From contig JBEKVV010000007.1 of NCBI GenBank assembly GCA_049513715.1, forward strand, positions 1-64,000: a DNA stretch of 64,000 nucleotides. The letters are read 5' to 3'. This DNA comes from Candidatus Bathyarchaeia archaeon (GTDB taxonomy: Archaea; Thermoproteota; Bathyarchaeia; 40CM-2-53-6). How positions within the stretch are numbered: the stretch's first letter is position 1; each line of letters opens with the position of its first letter. Below, piece by piece: positions 9,643 through 20,448 of this stretch. The translations under genes and the position numbers were made by a program. The notes below the pieces were generated by a model. That model saw only the letters and a list, made by a program, of their open reading frames with translations. It ran no database searches and was not told the DNA's origin.

Positions 9643-9946
9643 CACGCGCAGATGAATTTCGAAAGTTCAAACGAGGGTTTTGTTTTAGAGGTATCGTTAT
9701 TATTAGGGTCAGACAGAATTGCCTATTGGAAGATGATCGATCGTTGGGATTCATCTATCCTCCTCAGCGACGCATACCATACGTGCCTGCAGCAGGTGCA
9801 TTTTGCCCACGATGCCTCGCACCGCAACAGTATGATTTTAGGTTCTGTTGGCGTTGCGGATTGTACCTCGGCCGTTAGTGTGAATCCACCCGCCACCGTA
9901 GTCTGCTGTGAGAGTCAAGAGACCGAGCCTAAGGCTTGAATGAACC

Positions 9947-10555
9947 ATGAAGATCGTGGCCCTCGGGGACAGTCTGACGGTTGGAGAAACCGGGTTCTCT
10001 GATTCTGATGAATCTGCCTCGTATACGCAATATCTTGAGACCCTTGCTAAACAACATCTGACTAGTCTCCGCTCGGACGTGAGGGTCAACGTTCTGAATA
10101 GGGGAATTAACGGTGATCTGACCTCGGGTATGCTTGAAAGGTTCTCGAGGGATGTGGTTGATGAGAAAGCGGATTACGTGGTCATACTTGGAGGAGCCAA
10201 TGACTTGGGTTGGGGTTTTGATCCGGCAATGATCGCCCACAGCTTGACCACCATGTATGACGCGGCTCTGAACAAGGGCATTGCGGCCGTGGCATGCTCG
10301 GTGCCATCAATTCTTGGATTCGACGAATTGATCCCTCCAAGACTCCACCTTAACAGAATGATCCGCACGGAAGCAGAGATGAGAAGCATAGCATTCGTGG
10401 ATCTTTTCACGGCAACTGCCGACCCAAGGAACAATAGGCTCTCAGAGGATTACTCTGCCGACGGACTTCACCTAAACACAAACGGTTACCAGCAAATGGG
10501 CAAATGCATATTCGACAAATGGTTGAGAGGGCTTCTGGACCAACATACAAAGTAG
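9947..10555 (+). CDS. SGNH/GDSL hydrolase
   Basis: ALGDSLT, NRGING, GGAND and DGLH blocks. Confidence 0.92.
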   Translation: MKIVALGDSLTVGETGFSDSDESASYTQYLETLAKQHLTSLRSDVRVNVLNRGINGDLTSGMLERFSRDVVDEKADYVVILGGANDLGWGFDPAMIAHSLTTMYDAALNKGIAAVACSVPSILGFDELIPPRLHLNRMIRTEAEMRSIAFVDLFTATADPRNNRLSEDYSADGLHLNTNGYQQMGKCIFDKWLRGLLDQHTK

Positions 10556-10614
10556 TTTCGCATTCTGCTGCTAACAGAATTGGTGGGACTATCCACCATC
10601 GGCCTACGAGCTCG

Positions 10615-10662
10615 TTATATGTACCGGTACATTAGGGTTAAAATCCCCTGCCCCATCTCTGA
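10615..10662 (+). repeat. Family B direct repeat, copy 5
   Basis: TTATATGTACCGGTACATTAGGGTTAAAATCCCCTGCCCCATCTCTGA; contains the perfect palindrome ATGTACCGGTACAT. Confidence 0.9.
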
Positions 10663-10844
10663 GGCACATTAGGCTGTTGAAAAGACATTGAGTTTTCCGC
10701 TTTATCCGTTTCCGCAGAACATAGAATACTGGACAACCTACCAACGAGGTTTCGGGTGATAGAAAGCAAGGTAGAAATAGTTATCCGGCGTGGGCCCAAT
10801 CACATCGATGTGGTGCGGAACGCTAGGAGACTTCAGTAATTTTC

Positions 10845-11765
10845 ATGACTTCTGTCGGCGTCTATTTACCACGAGCAATTGAAGTTGAGCGGTCAATAGA
10901 GACTGCTGGAGAAATCGAGAGACTCGGCTTTGAATCCTTGTGGGTAACGGATCATCTCTTCGATACTGATGGTCAGATTTTGAACCCTTTTCCGGAGTGT
11001 TGGACGATGTTGACTGCAATAGCCTGCGCAACCAAGAGCATTAGACTAGGCCCACTCGTACTCGGTAATTCTTTTAGAAGTCCTGCGTTGGTAGCCAAGA
11101 TGTCTTCGACTCTTGACTGCATTTGTAGAGGTAGGTTGAATCTCGGCATCGGAGCGGCTTGGTTCGAGGAAGAGCACACAAAATACGGTTTCACATTTCG
11201 AAAACCGCCTGAGAGAATCGAAGCGCTTTCGGAGGCTGTACAAATAATCCTCGGAATGTGGACTCAACCAGAGTATTCTTTCTCGGGCAAATACTACAAA
11301 TGTGTTAGGGCTGTAAATGAACCAAAGCCCTTCCAGAAGCCGCACCCCCCCGTTTGTATTGGAGGCAAAGGGGATCGGATGCTGTCCATTGCAGCTGCTT
11401 ATGCCGACATCTACAACGCAGCGGGGCCAGGTCCAAATCCTACGCCCGAGGAATACGTGACTCTGCTCAAGAAACTAAGAGACCATTGCCTTAAGACTGG
11501 TCGCGATTTTCACAAAATAAAGAAGACGTGGGGCGGGTACATCTGCGTTGCGCGAAATGAACGCGAGCTCAAAGAAATGGTGAAGCGGTTGCGGTTGGAT
11601 CCAACTCGGGCGGTAATAGGAACAATAGATAGCTGCATTTCAAAGATCAATGACTTTAAAGAAGCTGGCGTGGAAGGTATTATGGCAATCTTTCCCGATC
11701 TCTGGGATTCAGGGTCCTTGGAAATGGCAACTCTTTTCGCGGATGCAATTCTGAACAAAGTATAA
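10845..11765 (+). CDS. LLM-class (luciferase-like) flavin/F420-dependent oxidoreductase
   Basis: GFESLWVTDH, R.PALVAKM..TLD...GRLNLGIGA, PKPFQKPHPP..IGG. Confidence 0.9.
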   Translation: MTSVGVYLPRAIEVERSIETAGEIERLGFESLWVTDHLFDTDGQILNPFPECWTMLTAIACATKSIRLGPLVLGNSFRSPALVAKMSSTLDCICRGRLNLGIGAAWFEEEHTKYGFTFRKPPERIEALSEAVQIILGMWTQPEYSFSGKYYKCVRAVNEPKPFQKPHPPVCIGGKGDRMLSIAAAYADIYNAAGPGPNPTPEEYVTLLKKLRDHCLKTGRDFHKIKKTWGGYICVARNERELKEMVKRLRLDPTRAVIGTIDSCISKINDFKEAGVEGIMAIFPDLWDSGSLEMATLFADAILNKV

Positions 11766-11908
11766 ACATTTGTCCGCTTGCGATTCGGTTATGACGACTC
11801 CCTATGCTGCCCGGTCGACTACCCCTTGATATGGCAACGCAATTCTCAGGATTGAATTCCGTAAATAACACTTAATGCACGAGTCATCGTCGTCCTGCGA
11901 GGCTCAAG

Positions 11909-13033
11909 TTGAGCAAAGTTCTGGTCATTGGTCTGGGCAGTCTTGGCGGCTACGTTGTTGAGTTTCTAGCTAGGTCCTTCGGGCCGACCGAAATCATCGC
12001 CGCAGATGCGGATGAGCAACGTGGATTGCAGAAGATGAACAACGCAATGCTCGGCGCGGCAAACATGGGCTTCTACCCTCGGATGAAATTTCTGAAAATC
12101 GACTTGAACGACGTTGATGGGACTGCTGCCATCCTGCGAAGTGAACAGCCCAGGCTAGTGGTCAATGCGACGACGCTTCAGTCTTGGTGGGTGATCGGTA
12201 CTCAACTGATTGAGGACGCCTACCTGAGACTGCTGGATGCGGGGTTAGGACCATGGATACCCGTGCATCTTACCCTCACTCACAAACTGATGCAAGCTGT
12301 CCAGAAATCGGGAATAATGACGCACGTAGTCAACTGCTCGTTTCCTGATGCTGTGAACCCCATGCTGTCAAGAATAGGTTTGTCTCCTACGGTTGGAATT
12401 GGCAACTTCGATCTACTGATTCCTCGAATCAAGAAGGGAGTAAGTGACAAACTCGGTGTCCCTATGAAGGCCGTGACAGTTCTCATGTTGGGACATCACT
12501 ACCATGATGTCAGAGTGGAAGAGTTCGGTACCACAGGGGGAGCACCGTATTTCCTGCGAATCTGTGTCGATGGCGAGGATGTGACTGAGCGAGTAAATGC
12601 TGAGAAGATGTTGCTCACTTCGATTCCAACTCCCCCGCTTACTGGTAGCGATTCTCAAGTTGCGTCATCCGCGGTCAAGAACATACTGGCGATCATAAAT
12701 GACACCAAAGAATTGACTCATGCTCCGGGCCCGCGAGGACTGCCCGGCGGATATCCTGTGCGCCTGAGTTCTAAAGGAGCAGAGGTTGTAGTTCCAGCGG
12801 GGCTAACTCTCGAAGAGGCCGTACATATCAACGAGGAAGCCCAAAAATACGATGGAATAGAACGAATAGAGCACGATGGGACGGTTGTGCTCACTGACAA
12901 ATCGCACAAGATCATGAGCGAACTGTTACATTATGACCGCCAGCAAGTTAGGATTCTTGAGTGCGAGAGCGCAGCCCATGAACTACGTCAGCTCTACCAT
13001 GAGTATGCCTCAAAGCACCCAAAGAAAGGCTGA
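11909..13033 (+). CDS. NAD(P)-binding Rossmann protein, saccharopine-dehydrogenase-like
   Basis: IGLGSLGG nucleotide-binding motif; VVNCSFPDAVNP; HAPGPRGLPGGYPV. Confidence 0.7.
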   Translation: MSKVLVIGLGSLGGYVVEFLARSFGPTEIIAADADEQRGLQKMNNAMLGAANMGFYPRMKFLKIDLNDVDGTAAILRSEQPRLVVNATTLQSWWVIGTQLIEDAYLRLLDAGLGPWIPVHLTLTHKLMQAVQKSGIMTHVVNCSFPDAVNPMLSRIGLSPTVGIGNFDLLIPRIKKGVSDKLGVPMKAVTVLMLGHHYHDVRVEEFGTTGGAPYFLRICVDGEDVTERVNAEKMLLTSIPTPPLTGSDSQVASSAVKNILAIINDTKELTHAPGPRGLPGGYPVRLSSKGAEVVVPAGLTLEEAVHINEEAQKYDGIERIEHDGTVVLTDKSHKIMSELLHYDRQQVRILECESAAHELRQLYHEYASKHPKKG

Positions 13034-13331
13034 TTTCTCAGCCTTTGACCACTGCTAAGAGTGTACCGCCACAACGCCTTGCGATGTGTCTGGTCAGACC
13101 GAAAAGTACACACTAAGCTGATGTTTCCAGGACAGGCCGACGATGCAGCCGCGTTGGGAACCGAGAGCTTCAGCTTTTCCGAAACCGGTCGAATTGCTGA
13201 TTTCACAGGCCTATTTTGCGAAGTATATTCTACAGATACGTCGGGGAGTCAGGATTGTCTACTATATTATCTAAATAGATAGCAGTTAATTTCACAGCTA
13301 ACTGAAATGCTCGTCGGAGGTATTCTCGAAA

Positions 13332-14507
13332 ATGTCTGAAAAAGTCAGCAGGAGAGATGCTCTAAAGATCGCCGGCGCTTTGGTTGGTGGAGTTGCGATT
13401 GGCGGAGTGGGCGGTTACCTCGCTGGTCAGTCGCAAACCCAGGCTCCGGCCCAGCAACAAACTACGACAGTAACGGCTTCCAACTTGTCAATGCTCGAAC
13501 CTGCGCTAAGCGCCTACGCGTGGTCGGGTGAGATGGCTCCGGGTCTACCCCAACTCTTCGGCGAACAGTACGGAGTGACTGTGACCTACGATGAGTCGAT
13601 TGAGAGCAATGAGTCAATGGAAGCAAAAGTGGCCCCAGGCACGTCTGGCTACGATGTGGTTGTTCCGACCGATCATACAGTAGTCGACATGATCCAGAGG
13701 GGAATGCTTCAGGAACTCGACTTGAGCAAAATCCCCAACTACAAATATCTTCTGGATGAATTCAAGAGTCCCACCTATGATCCTAGCAACAAGTACAGTA
13801 TTCCTCTTGTAACAGGAACGACAGGCATCGGGTACAACACAGATGAAGTCAAGGACGACGTTGAGAAGGTTGGGTGGGGAATGATCTTCGACCCTAACTA
13901 TGCTCAGAAATATTCGAAGAAGATATCCCTCCTAAACTATGACCGCGCAGTGTTCAACATTGCATTATTGTACTTGGGCTACACTATTCAAGACACGGAT
14001 CGGTCACATTGGGAAGAGGCAAAGAACGCTATCATCAAGATTAAGCCGTATCTGGCGGCCTTCGATACTAACGGCGTCACAGACAATCTCGTGGCAGGAA
14101 ACTACGTTCTAGCAGAAACCTACAGCGGGAATCTTCACATCGCAAGGATGAAAGGCATGGCAACGAATCCGCCGGTTAATCTCACCTACGTCATCCCATC
14201 GCAGGGCGCATCTGTATGGGTCGACAACTTTGCCATCCTCAAAGAATCCAAGAAGGTAAATTCCGCCCATGCCCTCATCAACAACTTAATAGATCCACGC
14301 GGTGCGGGTCTGATTTGCAACTTCGTCGGCGAGAGGGACCCGAACAAGTACGCCCTTGACAACGGATACATAATGAAGGACATAGCGGATGATCCAGCAT
14401 TATTCCCGACCCCTGAGGCGACGAAGAGGCTTCAAATCAACGCTAACTACACGGATCAAGACGTCGCTGACATGGGCAAACTGTGGACTGAGATCCAAGC
14501 CGCATAG
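13332..14507 (+). CDS. potD: ABC transporter substrate-binding protein, PotD/PotF family, Tat signal
   Basis: SRRDALK twin-arginine motif; GYDVVVPTD, GTTGIGYN, P.QGA.VWVDNFAI. Confidence 0.85.
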   Translation: MSEKVSRRDALKIAGALVGGVAIGGVGGYLAGQSQTQAPAQQQTTTVTASNLSMLEPALSAYAWSGEMAPGLPQLFGEQYGVTVTYDESIESNESMEAKVAPGTSGYDVVVPTDHTVVDMIQRGMLQELDLSKIPNYKYLLDEFKSPTYDPSNKYSIPLVTGTTGIGYNTDEVKDDVEKVGWGMIFDPNYAQKYSKKISLLNYDRAVFNIALLYLGYTIQDTDRSHWEEAKNAIIKIKPYLAAFDTNGVTDNLVAGNYVLAETYSGNLHIARMKGMATNPPVNLTYVIPSQGASVWVDNFAILKESKKVNSAHALINNLIDPRGAGLICNFVGERDPNKYALDNGYIMKDIADDPALFPTPEATKRLQINANYTDQDVADMGKLWTEIQAA

Positions 14508-14522
14508 GAACACGCCGTTTCT

Positions 14523-14550
14523 GAGCCCGCCCGGGCTCCCTTTCTTTTTC
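14523..14550 (+). terminator. Hairpin plus pyrimidine tract between convergent genes
   Basis: GAGCCC-GCCC-GGGCTC followed by CCTTTCTTTTTC. Confidence 0.5.
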
Positions 14551-14585
14551 TATGGTTTTTCTTCTTCGCCGTGGGGATGCTCATC

Positions 14586-15389
14586 TTATCTTTTTGATCT
14601 CTGAGATAAGATCTGACTTACCAGAACCAACACTGTAGATATTGTGAGAGTAATAGTTGCTATTGCGTTGATGTCTGGGTTTACTCCAAACCGAATTCTC
14701 GCATAAATGAGCATAGGCAGAGTGTTGATTCCTGCACCGGATAGAAATGATGATATTACGAAATTGTCGAAGGAGAGTGTGAAAGCGAGCATCGATCCTG
14801 CTAGGATACCGGGCATTATGAGTGGAACAGTAACCGTTAGGAACGTTCTTACTTCATTTGCTCCAAGGCTGTAAGCAGCCTCTTCAATTGCTCGATCGTA
14901 GCCAGCGAACCTGGCCTTCATGACCAAATATGTGTAGGGAATAGCGAACGTCAGATGTCCCATTATGATGGTTTGCACACCATAGTTCACGCCAGCCAGC
15001 CGAAAGTATAGGAGCATTGCAAGTGCATGTGTAATCTCAGGAATAATGACAGGTACGAGCAAGAAGGCATCAAATCCATCTTTGCCACGAAATCGGTAAC
15101 GAGAATAAGAGTATGCGGCGAGTCCGCCGACTGCACCTGATACGATAGCAACGAGTAATGCTATCGAAGCACTTAGAGAAAACGCACGCAAGAGGTCCGG
15201 TTCCGCAAAAAGTGCCTGGTACCACTCCAAACTGAAACCTAACCATGTGACAGTGGAGCTAACCACTCTCCCCCCTACTGTTATGCCTTTGTTGAAAGAA
15301 AACGCGACGAGAAACGCGATCGGGGAATAAAGATAAGCGAAAATGGCGAGAATGCAGAGCGTCATTATCTTGCGTTTGAGATGCATCAA
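14586..15389 (-). CDS. potC: ABC permease, PotC family
   Basis: EEAAYSLGA EAA motif, FTLSFDNF, P.INAIAT. Confidence 0.88.
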   Translation of the reverse strand: MMHLKRKIMTLCILAIFAYLYSPIAFLVAFSFNKGITVGGRVVSSTVTWLGFSLEWYQALFAEPDLLRAFSLSASIALLVAIVSGAVGGLAAYSYSRYRFRGKDGFDAFLLVPVIIPEITHALAMLLYFRLAGVNYGVQTIIMGHLTFAIPYTYLVMKARFAGYDRAIEEAAYSLGANEVRTFLTVTVPLIMPGILAGSMLAFTLSFDNFVISSFLSGAGINTLPMLIYARIRFGVNPDINAIATITLTISTVLVLVSQILSQRSKR

Positions 15390-16258
15390 AACGCAACCGC
15401 ACCCTTCTTCGAGAGGAATTTCAGGTAGATGAGTAGCATTATCATTACTATGCCTATGAGTATCATGGAGAATGCCGAACCAAGAGAATACACGTGCGAA
15501 TCCAGAAACATTGTCCAGATCAGATTTCCAACCATGTAGGATTCAGTGCCTCCAAGAAGCTGGGGAATTAGGAAGGCTCCAAGACAGGGCACGAAGACAA
15601 GAATTGAGGCTGCAGCGATGCCAGGCATGCTAATGGGCAATGTAATCTTTAGAAACGTTTCAAGGTCGCCGGCGCCCAGACTTGAAGAGGCCTCCAATAA
15701 TGATACGTCAAACTTCTCCAGCGAGGCGTATAGCGGAAGTACCACCATCGGAAGAAAAACGTATACCAATCCGTAGATGGTCGCACGCCAGTTGTTAAGA
15801 AGTACAAGGGGCTCCTGAATGATGTGCAAGAAGAGCAGCATTTGATTGAGAAAACCATCGTGTGACAGCATGGAGATCATGGCGAAAGTCCTTGTCAGGA
15901 AGCTTGTCCAGAACGGTATGATTATCGCCATCAAGAGTAGGGTCCGATATTTCTTGACGACGATTGCTATGTAATAGGCCGTCGGATAACCGAGCAGTAG
16001 ACACATTGCCGTCACGCCGAGGGACCAGACCATCGTTCTCTGAATGAAACCTAGATAGAGTGGACTTAGGCTCTCCCGCAGGGGTTGTAGAGTGAACGCA
16101 AGAGGAATACGACCCAACGGGTCCAAGATCGAAAATGCGAAGACAAATACGATCGTGATTGGTGCAGCAAATAACAGGATCTCGTACCAGAACGCCGGGC
16201 TCGACAACAACCAAGCGCGAGGTTCCTCTTTCTCGCGCAACAAATCAAGCAGTTTCAC
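15386..16258 (-). CDS. potB: ABC permease, PotB family
   Basis: IPFWTSFLTR, LPLYASLEKFD.SLLEASSSLGA. Confidence 0.88.
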   Translation of the reverse strand: MKLLDLLREKEEPRAWLLSSPAFWYEILLFAAPITIVFVFAFSILDPLGRIPLAFTLQPLRESLSPLYLGFIQRTMVWSLGVTAMCLLLGYPTAYYIAIVVKKYRTLLLMAIIIPFWTSFLTRTFAMISMLSHDGFLNQMLLFLHIIQEPLVLLNNWRATIYGLVYVFLPMVVLPLYASLEKFDVSLLEASSSLGAGDLETFLKITLPISMPGIAAASILVFVPCLGAFLIPQLLGGTESYMVGNLIWTMFLDSHVYSLGSAFSMILIGIVMIMLLIYLKFLSKKGAVAF

Positions 16259-16280
16259 TAGTATTCACCAAACCCGGATG

Positions 16281-17015
16281 TCAACTTTTCTTGAACTCCT
16301 CGATGAATTTCCGCAAATAGTCGATGCTCATGGCGAGCACTTTCTTTCCCTGCTCTACCGAGGCCAGCTTGGGATCTCCAAGCACTCCAGAGCTTGTCAA
16401 TTCATGATATTCAGGGTACGTCTCGATCAATGCGAACGAAGCAAACCCTAGGTCACGAGCCTTCTCGGCAACCATTTCGTTCTCTTGGACCAGTTCTGGA
16501 CGAAGAACTTTCACGATGGATGTTCCAACCTCGCCTGCGTGGCCACCGTGTTCAATCATACCTGCGCATAATGCCTCAACCAGCCTCCACCAGTCTACCT
16601 GAGCGAAGCGCACATTCTCTCTTTTTGATTCTTCAACAGCTGCTGTGATTGGCCATACGTTTCCCAAATGACCGTTTAGAAAGATGATCTTGGTAAAGCC
16701 ATGTTCTATCAAGCTCGCGCACACATCTTTCAAAACCGACAGAACTGTTTCTGGCTTCAGAGAAATGGATCCAGTGAAGCCCATCATATCGCTCGAATCG
16801 CCAAATGGTAACACTGGGAGAACAAGCGTGTCCGTCATCTCTCCGAGACGTTTGGCGATCTCAGCAACTACCAAGAAATCTGTTCCCAGTGGGAGATGGC
16901 GTCCGTAAGATTCGGTCGCGCCTATAGGAACGATCACTGCTCTGTCCACTTTGAGTCTCTTCTCAACTTCAGGCCACGGGAGCTCGCCTAGGAGGACGTT
17001 TCCCATCAGCCACAC
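16281..17015 (-). CDS. Creatininase/MftE-family amidohydrolase
   Basis: PIGATESYGRHLPLGTD, NGHLGN, HAGEVGTS, GVLGDP. Confidence 0.85.
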   Translation of the reverse strand: MWLMGNVLLGELPWPEVEKRLKVDRAVIVPIGATESYGRHLPLGTDFLVVAEIAKRLGEMTDTLVLPVLPFGDSSDMMGFTGSISLKPETVLSVLKDVCASLIEHGFTKIIFLNGHLGNVWPITAAVEESKRENVRFAQVDWWRLVEALCAGMIEHGGHAGEVGTSIVKVLRPELVQENEMVAEKARDLGFASFALIETYPEYHELTSSGVLGDPKLASVEQGKKVLAMSIDYLRKFIEEFKKS

Positions 17016-17018
17016 TTC

Positions 17019-18077
17019 CTATGACGCAGGGAGAATTACAGCGTCTTCCTTCTTCCAATCCAAGTGAACGCGGTCTCCGGGATTCAGCCGTTCTCCGCGG
17101 CTCGGTCCGGATAAGTTGAGGAGTAGTTTTTCTCTAACGCGGACCCTGTAGGTGACGTATGACCCTCTATACATTGCTATCTCAATGACGCCTTCAAGTT
17201 TGGTCGGGATTGAGTTGTCTTCTGTCCGTCCCAAAGAGATGTCTTCTGGCCTAATGGAGACGAAGACCTTTTTCCCTACAAGCTCAGCATTCACTTCCGA
17301 CTCTATGACTATCCCGTCTATTTCTACTGTGTTTTCTGATGCAGCATGAGCCTCAAACAAGTTAGTTTCTCCAATGAAGTCGGCGACGAACTTGGTCTTA
17401 GGGTGCTCGTAGATTTCACGCGGGTCTCCGACTTGCTCGATCTTTCCCCCTGACATTATGGCCACCCTATCGGACATTGTAATGGCCTCGCCTTGGTCAT
17501 GTGTAACGTAAATGAAAGTGTTTTTCACTTTCTGTTGTAGGCGTTTTATCTCAACCTGCATCTGAAGCCTAAGTTTCAAATCAAGGGCTCCTAGGGGTTC
17601 GTCCAAGCATAGAACATTCGGTTCAGTTACTAGGGCCCTTGCAAGTGCAACTCTTTGGCGCTGACCTCCGCTGACTTGACTGATTCTCCTTTTTTCGAAA
17701 CCTGACAAACCAACCAGCTCCAGGGCGCCCTTTATTCGTGTTGTAATCTCGGATTTTGGAACTCTTTTTGTCTTTAGACCGTAAGCGATGTTTCCGTAAA
17801 CGTCCATGTGTGGAAAAAGAGCGAGATGTTGAAAGACCATTCCGACGTTTCTCTTAAAGGCAGGCATTGAATTTACGATCCTGTCCCCGATCTTGATTGT
17901 TCCATCATCAGGATGTTCGAATCCACCGATCATCCTTAATGTTGTTGTTTTGCCGCACCCACTAGGACCCAACATTGAGAAAAATTCGCCAGGCCTAATG
18001 AGAAGTGAGATTGAATCGACCGCTACGACTTCGTTGAAGCGTTTGGTGACGTTCGACAATTCGACTTGGTCAGCCAC
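17019..18077 (-). CDS. potA: ABC ATP-binding protein, PotA family
   Basis: GPSGCGKT, SGGQRQRVALARAL, LDEP, YVTHDQ, C-terminal TOBE domain. Confidence 0.92.
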   Translation of the reverse strand: MADQVELSNVTKRFNEVVAVDSISLLIRPGEFFSMLGPSGCGKTTTLRMIGGFEHPDDGTIKIGDRIVNSMPAFKRNVGMVFQHLALFPHMDVYGNIAYGLKTKRVPKSEITTRIKGALELVGLSGFEKRRISQVSGGQRQRVALARALVTEPNVLCLDEPLGALDLKLRLQMQVEIKRLQQKVKNTFIYVTHDQGEAITMSDRVAIMSGGKIEQVGDPREIYEHPKTKFVADFIGETNLFEAHAASENTVEIDGIVIESEVNAELVGKKVFVSIRPEDISLGRTEDNSIPTKLEGVIEIAMYRGSYVTYRVRVREKLLLNLSGPSRGERLNPGDRVHLDWKKEDAVILPAS

Positions 18078-18385
18078 TGCGTGAGGCTCCCTTCATTTCG
18101 TGCTAGAGGAATCATGGGTTAATATGTGTCATACCTCGACTTTTCACACGCGAGTTTCAGCAATCAAAGGCATGATTTGCGGGCACGAAAATACGAAATG
18201 CGAGATTGTCCAAAATCGGGGCGAGGAGTAAACAATATTATGCAGCGATCGTTTGAGAATCGCGGAGCGTTCTCCTAAGCGTGACGAATGAACGACAACA
18301 GGCAACATGAAAATCGAGGACGTAACATAATTACGCCGTCTCGTATAGATTCGAGATCGAGTTCTGCAGACTATAGATGCGGAGG

Positions 18386-20437
18386 ATGAATTTGCCTTAC
18401 AGAGTTGGAGTCGACGTAGGAGGGACATTTACTGATGTCGTGGTCGTGGACGAAGAGACAGGAGAATATTCAGTTACTAGAACCCCTTCCACTCCCAAAG
18501 ACCAATCGGTCGGCGTTGAGGAAGTTCTAAAGAAGATTTCACAAAAGTCAAAAATCAGCTACGGCGATATTACGAGGTTTGTCCATGGAACCACAGTGGC
18601 AACAAATGCCTTACTTGAGAGAAAAGGAGCGAAGTCGGCATTAATCACGACCAAAGGCTTCAGAGACATTTTTGAAATAGCAAGACAAACACGCCCGGAC
18701 CTGTACGATTTCTGGGCAAAAAGACCTAGGCCTCCAATCGAAAGGCATCTCGTCTTCGAAGTCTCCGAAAGGGTCCAGTTCGATGGCAAGGTTCTGAAGG
18801 AACTTGACCAAAACGAAGCAAAACAGATTGCTGAGAAGCTAAGGGAAAACAGCGTCGAATCCGTAGCCGTTTGTTTATTGCATTCCTATGCCAACCCCAC
18901 GCACGAAGAAACACTCAAGAGCATACTCTCCAGAGAGCTGCCAGACGTTCACCTATCGATTTCTTCAGAGATCTTGCCCGAAATAAGAGAGTATGAAAGG
19001 ACTTGTGTGACTGCGATTAATGCCTACGTTCTCCCGCGAGTAGAACGATATCTCATGAACTTGCTTGAGAGAAAGGATCGGCTCGGCATTAGACCAACGA
19101 TACACGTGATGGAATCCAATGGCGGCATAATGGATGCAAAGGTCGCTGGCAGGAGAAGCGTTCACACCCTGCTCTCTGGGCCCGCCGCTGGTGTGCTCGC
19201 GGCGAAGTATCTGAGTAGACTTACAGGAGAACGGAATCTAATCACTCTAGATATGGGCGGCACGAGCACAGATATCTGCTTGATGGAAGGTGGGGAATAC
19301 TATTTGACAACCGAACGTGAAATCGCCCAATTTCCGATAAGAGTACCGGTAATTGATATTCATACGATAGGTGCTGGCGGCGGCAGCATTGCATGGGTTG
19401 ACGAAGGAGGCGCGTTAATAGTTGGGCCACAAAGCGCTGGAGCTGACCCTGGCCCCGCATGTTACAACACCGGCGGTACTGAACCGACCGTCACAGATGG
19501 GAATCTTTTGGTCGGGCACCTAAATCAAGACAACTTCTTGGGCGGAGAAATCCGCCTATTCCCCGATAAGGCGAATTCCGCGATCAAGGAACACCTATCA
19601 ATCCTAGGAGGGGACGCAGTGGAAAATGCCGAGGGTATTCTGAGAGTCGTAAATTCGAACATGGTCAAAGGGATAATGGTAGTATCAGTACAAAGAGGAT
19701 ACGACCCGAGGAAATTCGACCTAGTCGCCTTCGGCGGTGCTGGGCCAATGCATGCAGCCTTCTTAGCAAGAGAACTAGGCATTCGAAGAATAATCGTACC
19801 ACCCAACCCTGGCAACTTCTGTGCGTTTGGAGCTGTCCTTGCCAACGTGCGATACGACTACGTCACAACTTGCCTGAAATCAGTGGACGATCTTGGTGTA
19901 GACGAATACAACTCGATATATGAAAGGATAAAGAACCGCGGCACAAAGGACATGGCTGTCGAAGGCTTCTCACAGGATAACGTGCTGTTTACTTCGACTG
20001 CAGATATGAGATATAGAGGACAAACGTGGGAACTGACGGTTCCCACGCCAGGTGTTGTTCGTTCTCCACAAGATCTTGAGAGAATCGCTCAGGATTTCCA
20101 CGCAATTCACAAACGGACTTACGGTTACGATATGAAAGACGAGCAAGTCGTAATCGTGAATCTGAGAACTGCAGCCATTGGTGAAGTTCCCAGCGTCAGG
20201 ATGAAGAAGAGGACTTCAGAAAGCGAGAATACTTCGAGCGCCGCGAGGACGGACTCCAGGCAGGTTTTCAGTGGGGGCCGTCACATCGAGTACCAAATAT
20301 TCGATAGGACAAGACTGGTTTCTGGAAACACAGTTGTAGGCCCTGCGATAGTTGAAGAATATGGATCAACAACCGTCATACCCCCCGACATGAGGGCTAG
20401 GGTAGACTCTTACGACAATATCATAATCGACAGGTGA
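18386..20437 (+). CDS. Hydantoinase A / 5-oxoprolinase alpha subunit
   Basis: GVDVGGTFTD, HGTTVATNALLER, SGPAAG, DMGGTSTD, GAGGGSIA, SAGADPGPACY. Confidence 0.93.
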   Translation: MNLPYRVGVDVGGTFTDVVVVDEETGEYSVTRTPSTPKDQSVGVEEVLKKISQKSKISYGDITRFVHGTTVATNALLERKGAKSALITTKGFRDIFEIARQTRPDLYDFWAKRPRPPIERHLVFEVSERVQFDGKVLKELDQNEAKQIAEKLRENSVESVAVCLLHSYANPTHEETLKSILSRELPDVHLSISSEILPEIREYERTCVTAINAYVLPRVERYLMNLLERKDRLGIRPTIHVMESNGGIMDAKVAGRRSVHTLLSGPAAGVLAAKYLSRLTGERNLITLDMGGTSTDICLMEGGEYYLTTEREIAQFPIRVPVIDIHTIGAGGGSIAWVDEGGALIVGPQSAGADPGPACYNTGGTEPTVTDGNLLVGHLNQDNFLGGEIRLFPDKANSAIKEHLSILGGDAVENAEGILRVVNSNMVKGIMVVSVQRGYDPRKFDLVAFGGAGPMHAAFLARELGIRRIIVPPNPGNFCAFGAVLANVRYDYVTTCLKSVDDLGVDEYNSIYERIKNRGTKDMAVEGFSQDNVLFTSTADMRYRGQTWELTVPTPGVVRSPQDLERIAQDFHAIHKRTYGYDMKDEQVVIVNLRTAAIGEVPSVRMKKRTSESENTSSAARTDSRQVFSGGRHIEYQIFDRTRLVSGNTVVGPAIVEEYGSTTVIPPDMRARVDSYDNIIIDR

Positions 20438-20448
20438 GAATTGGACAA

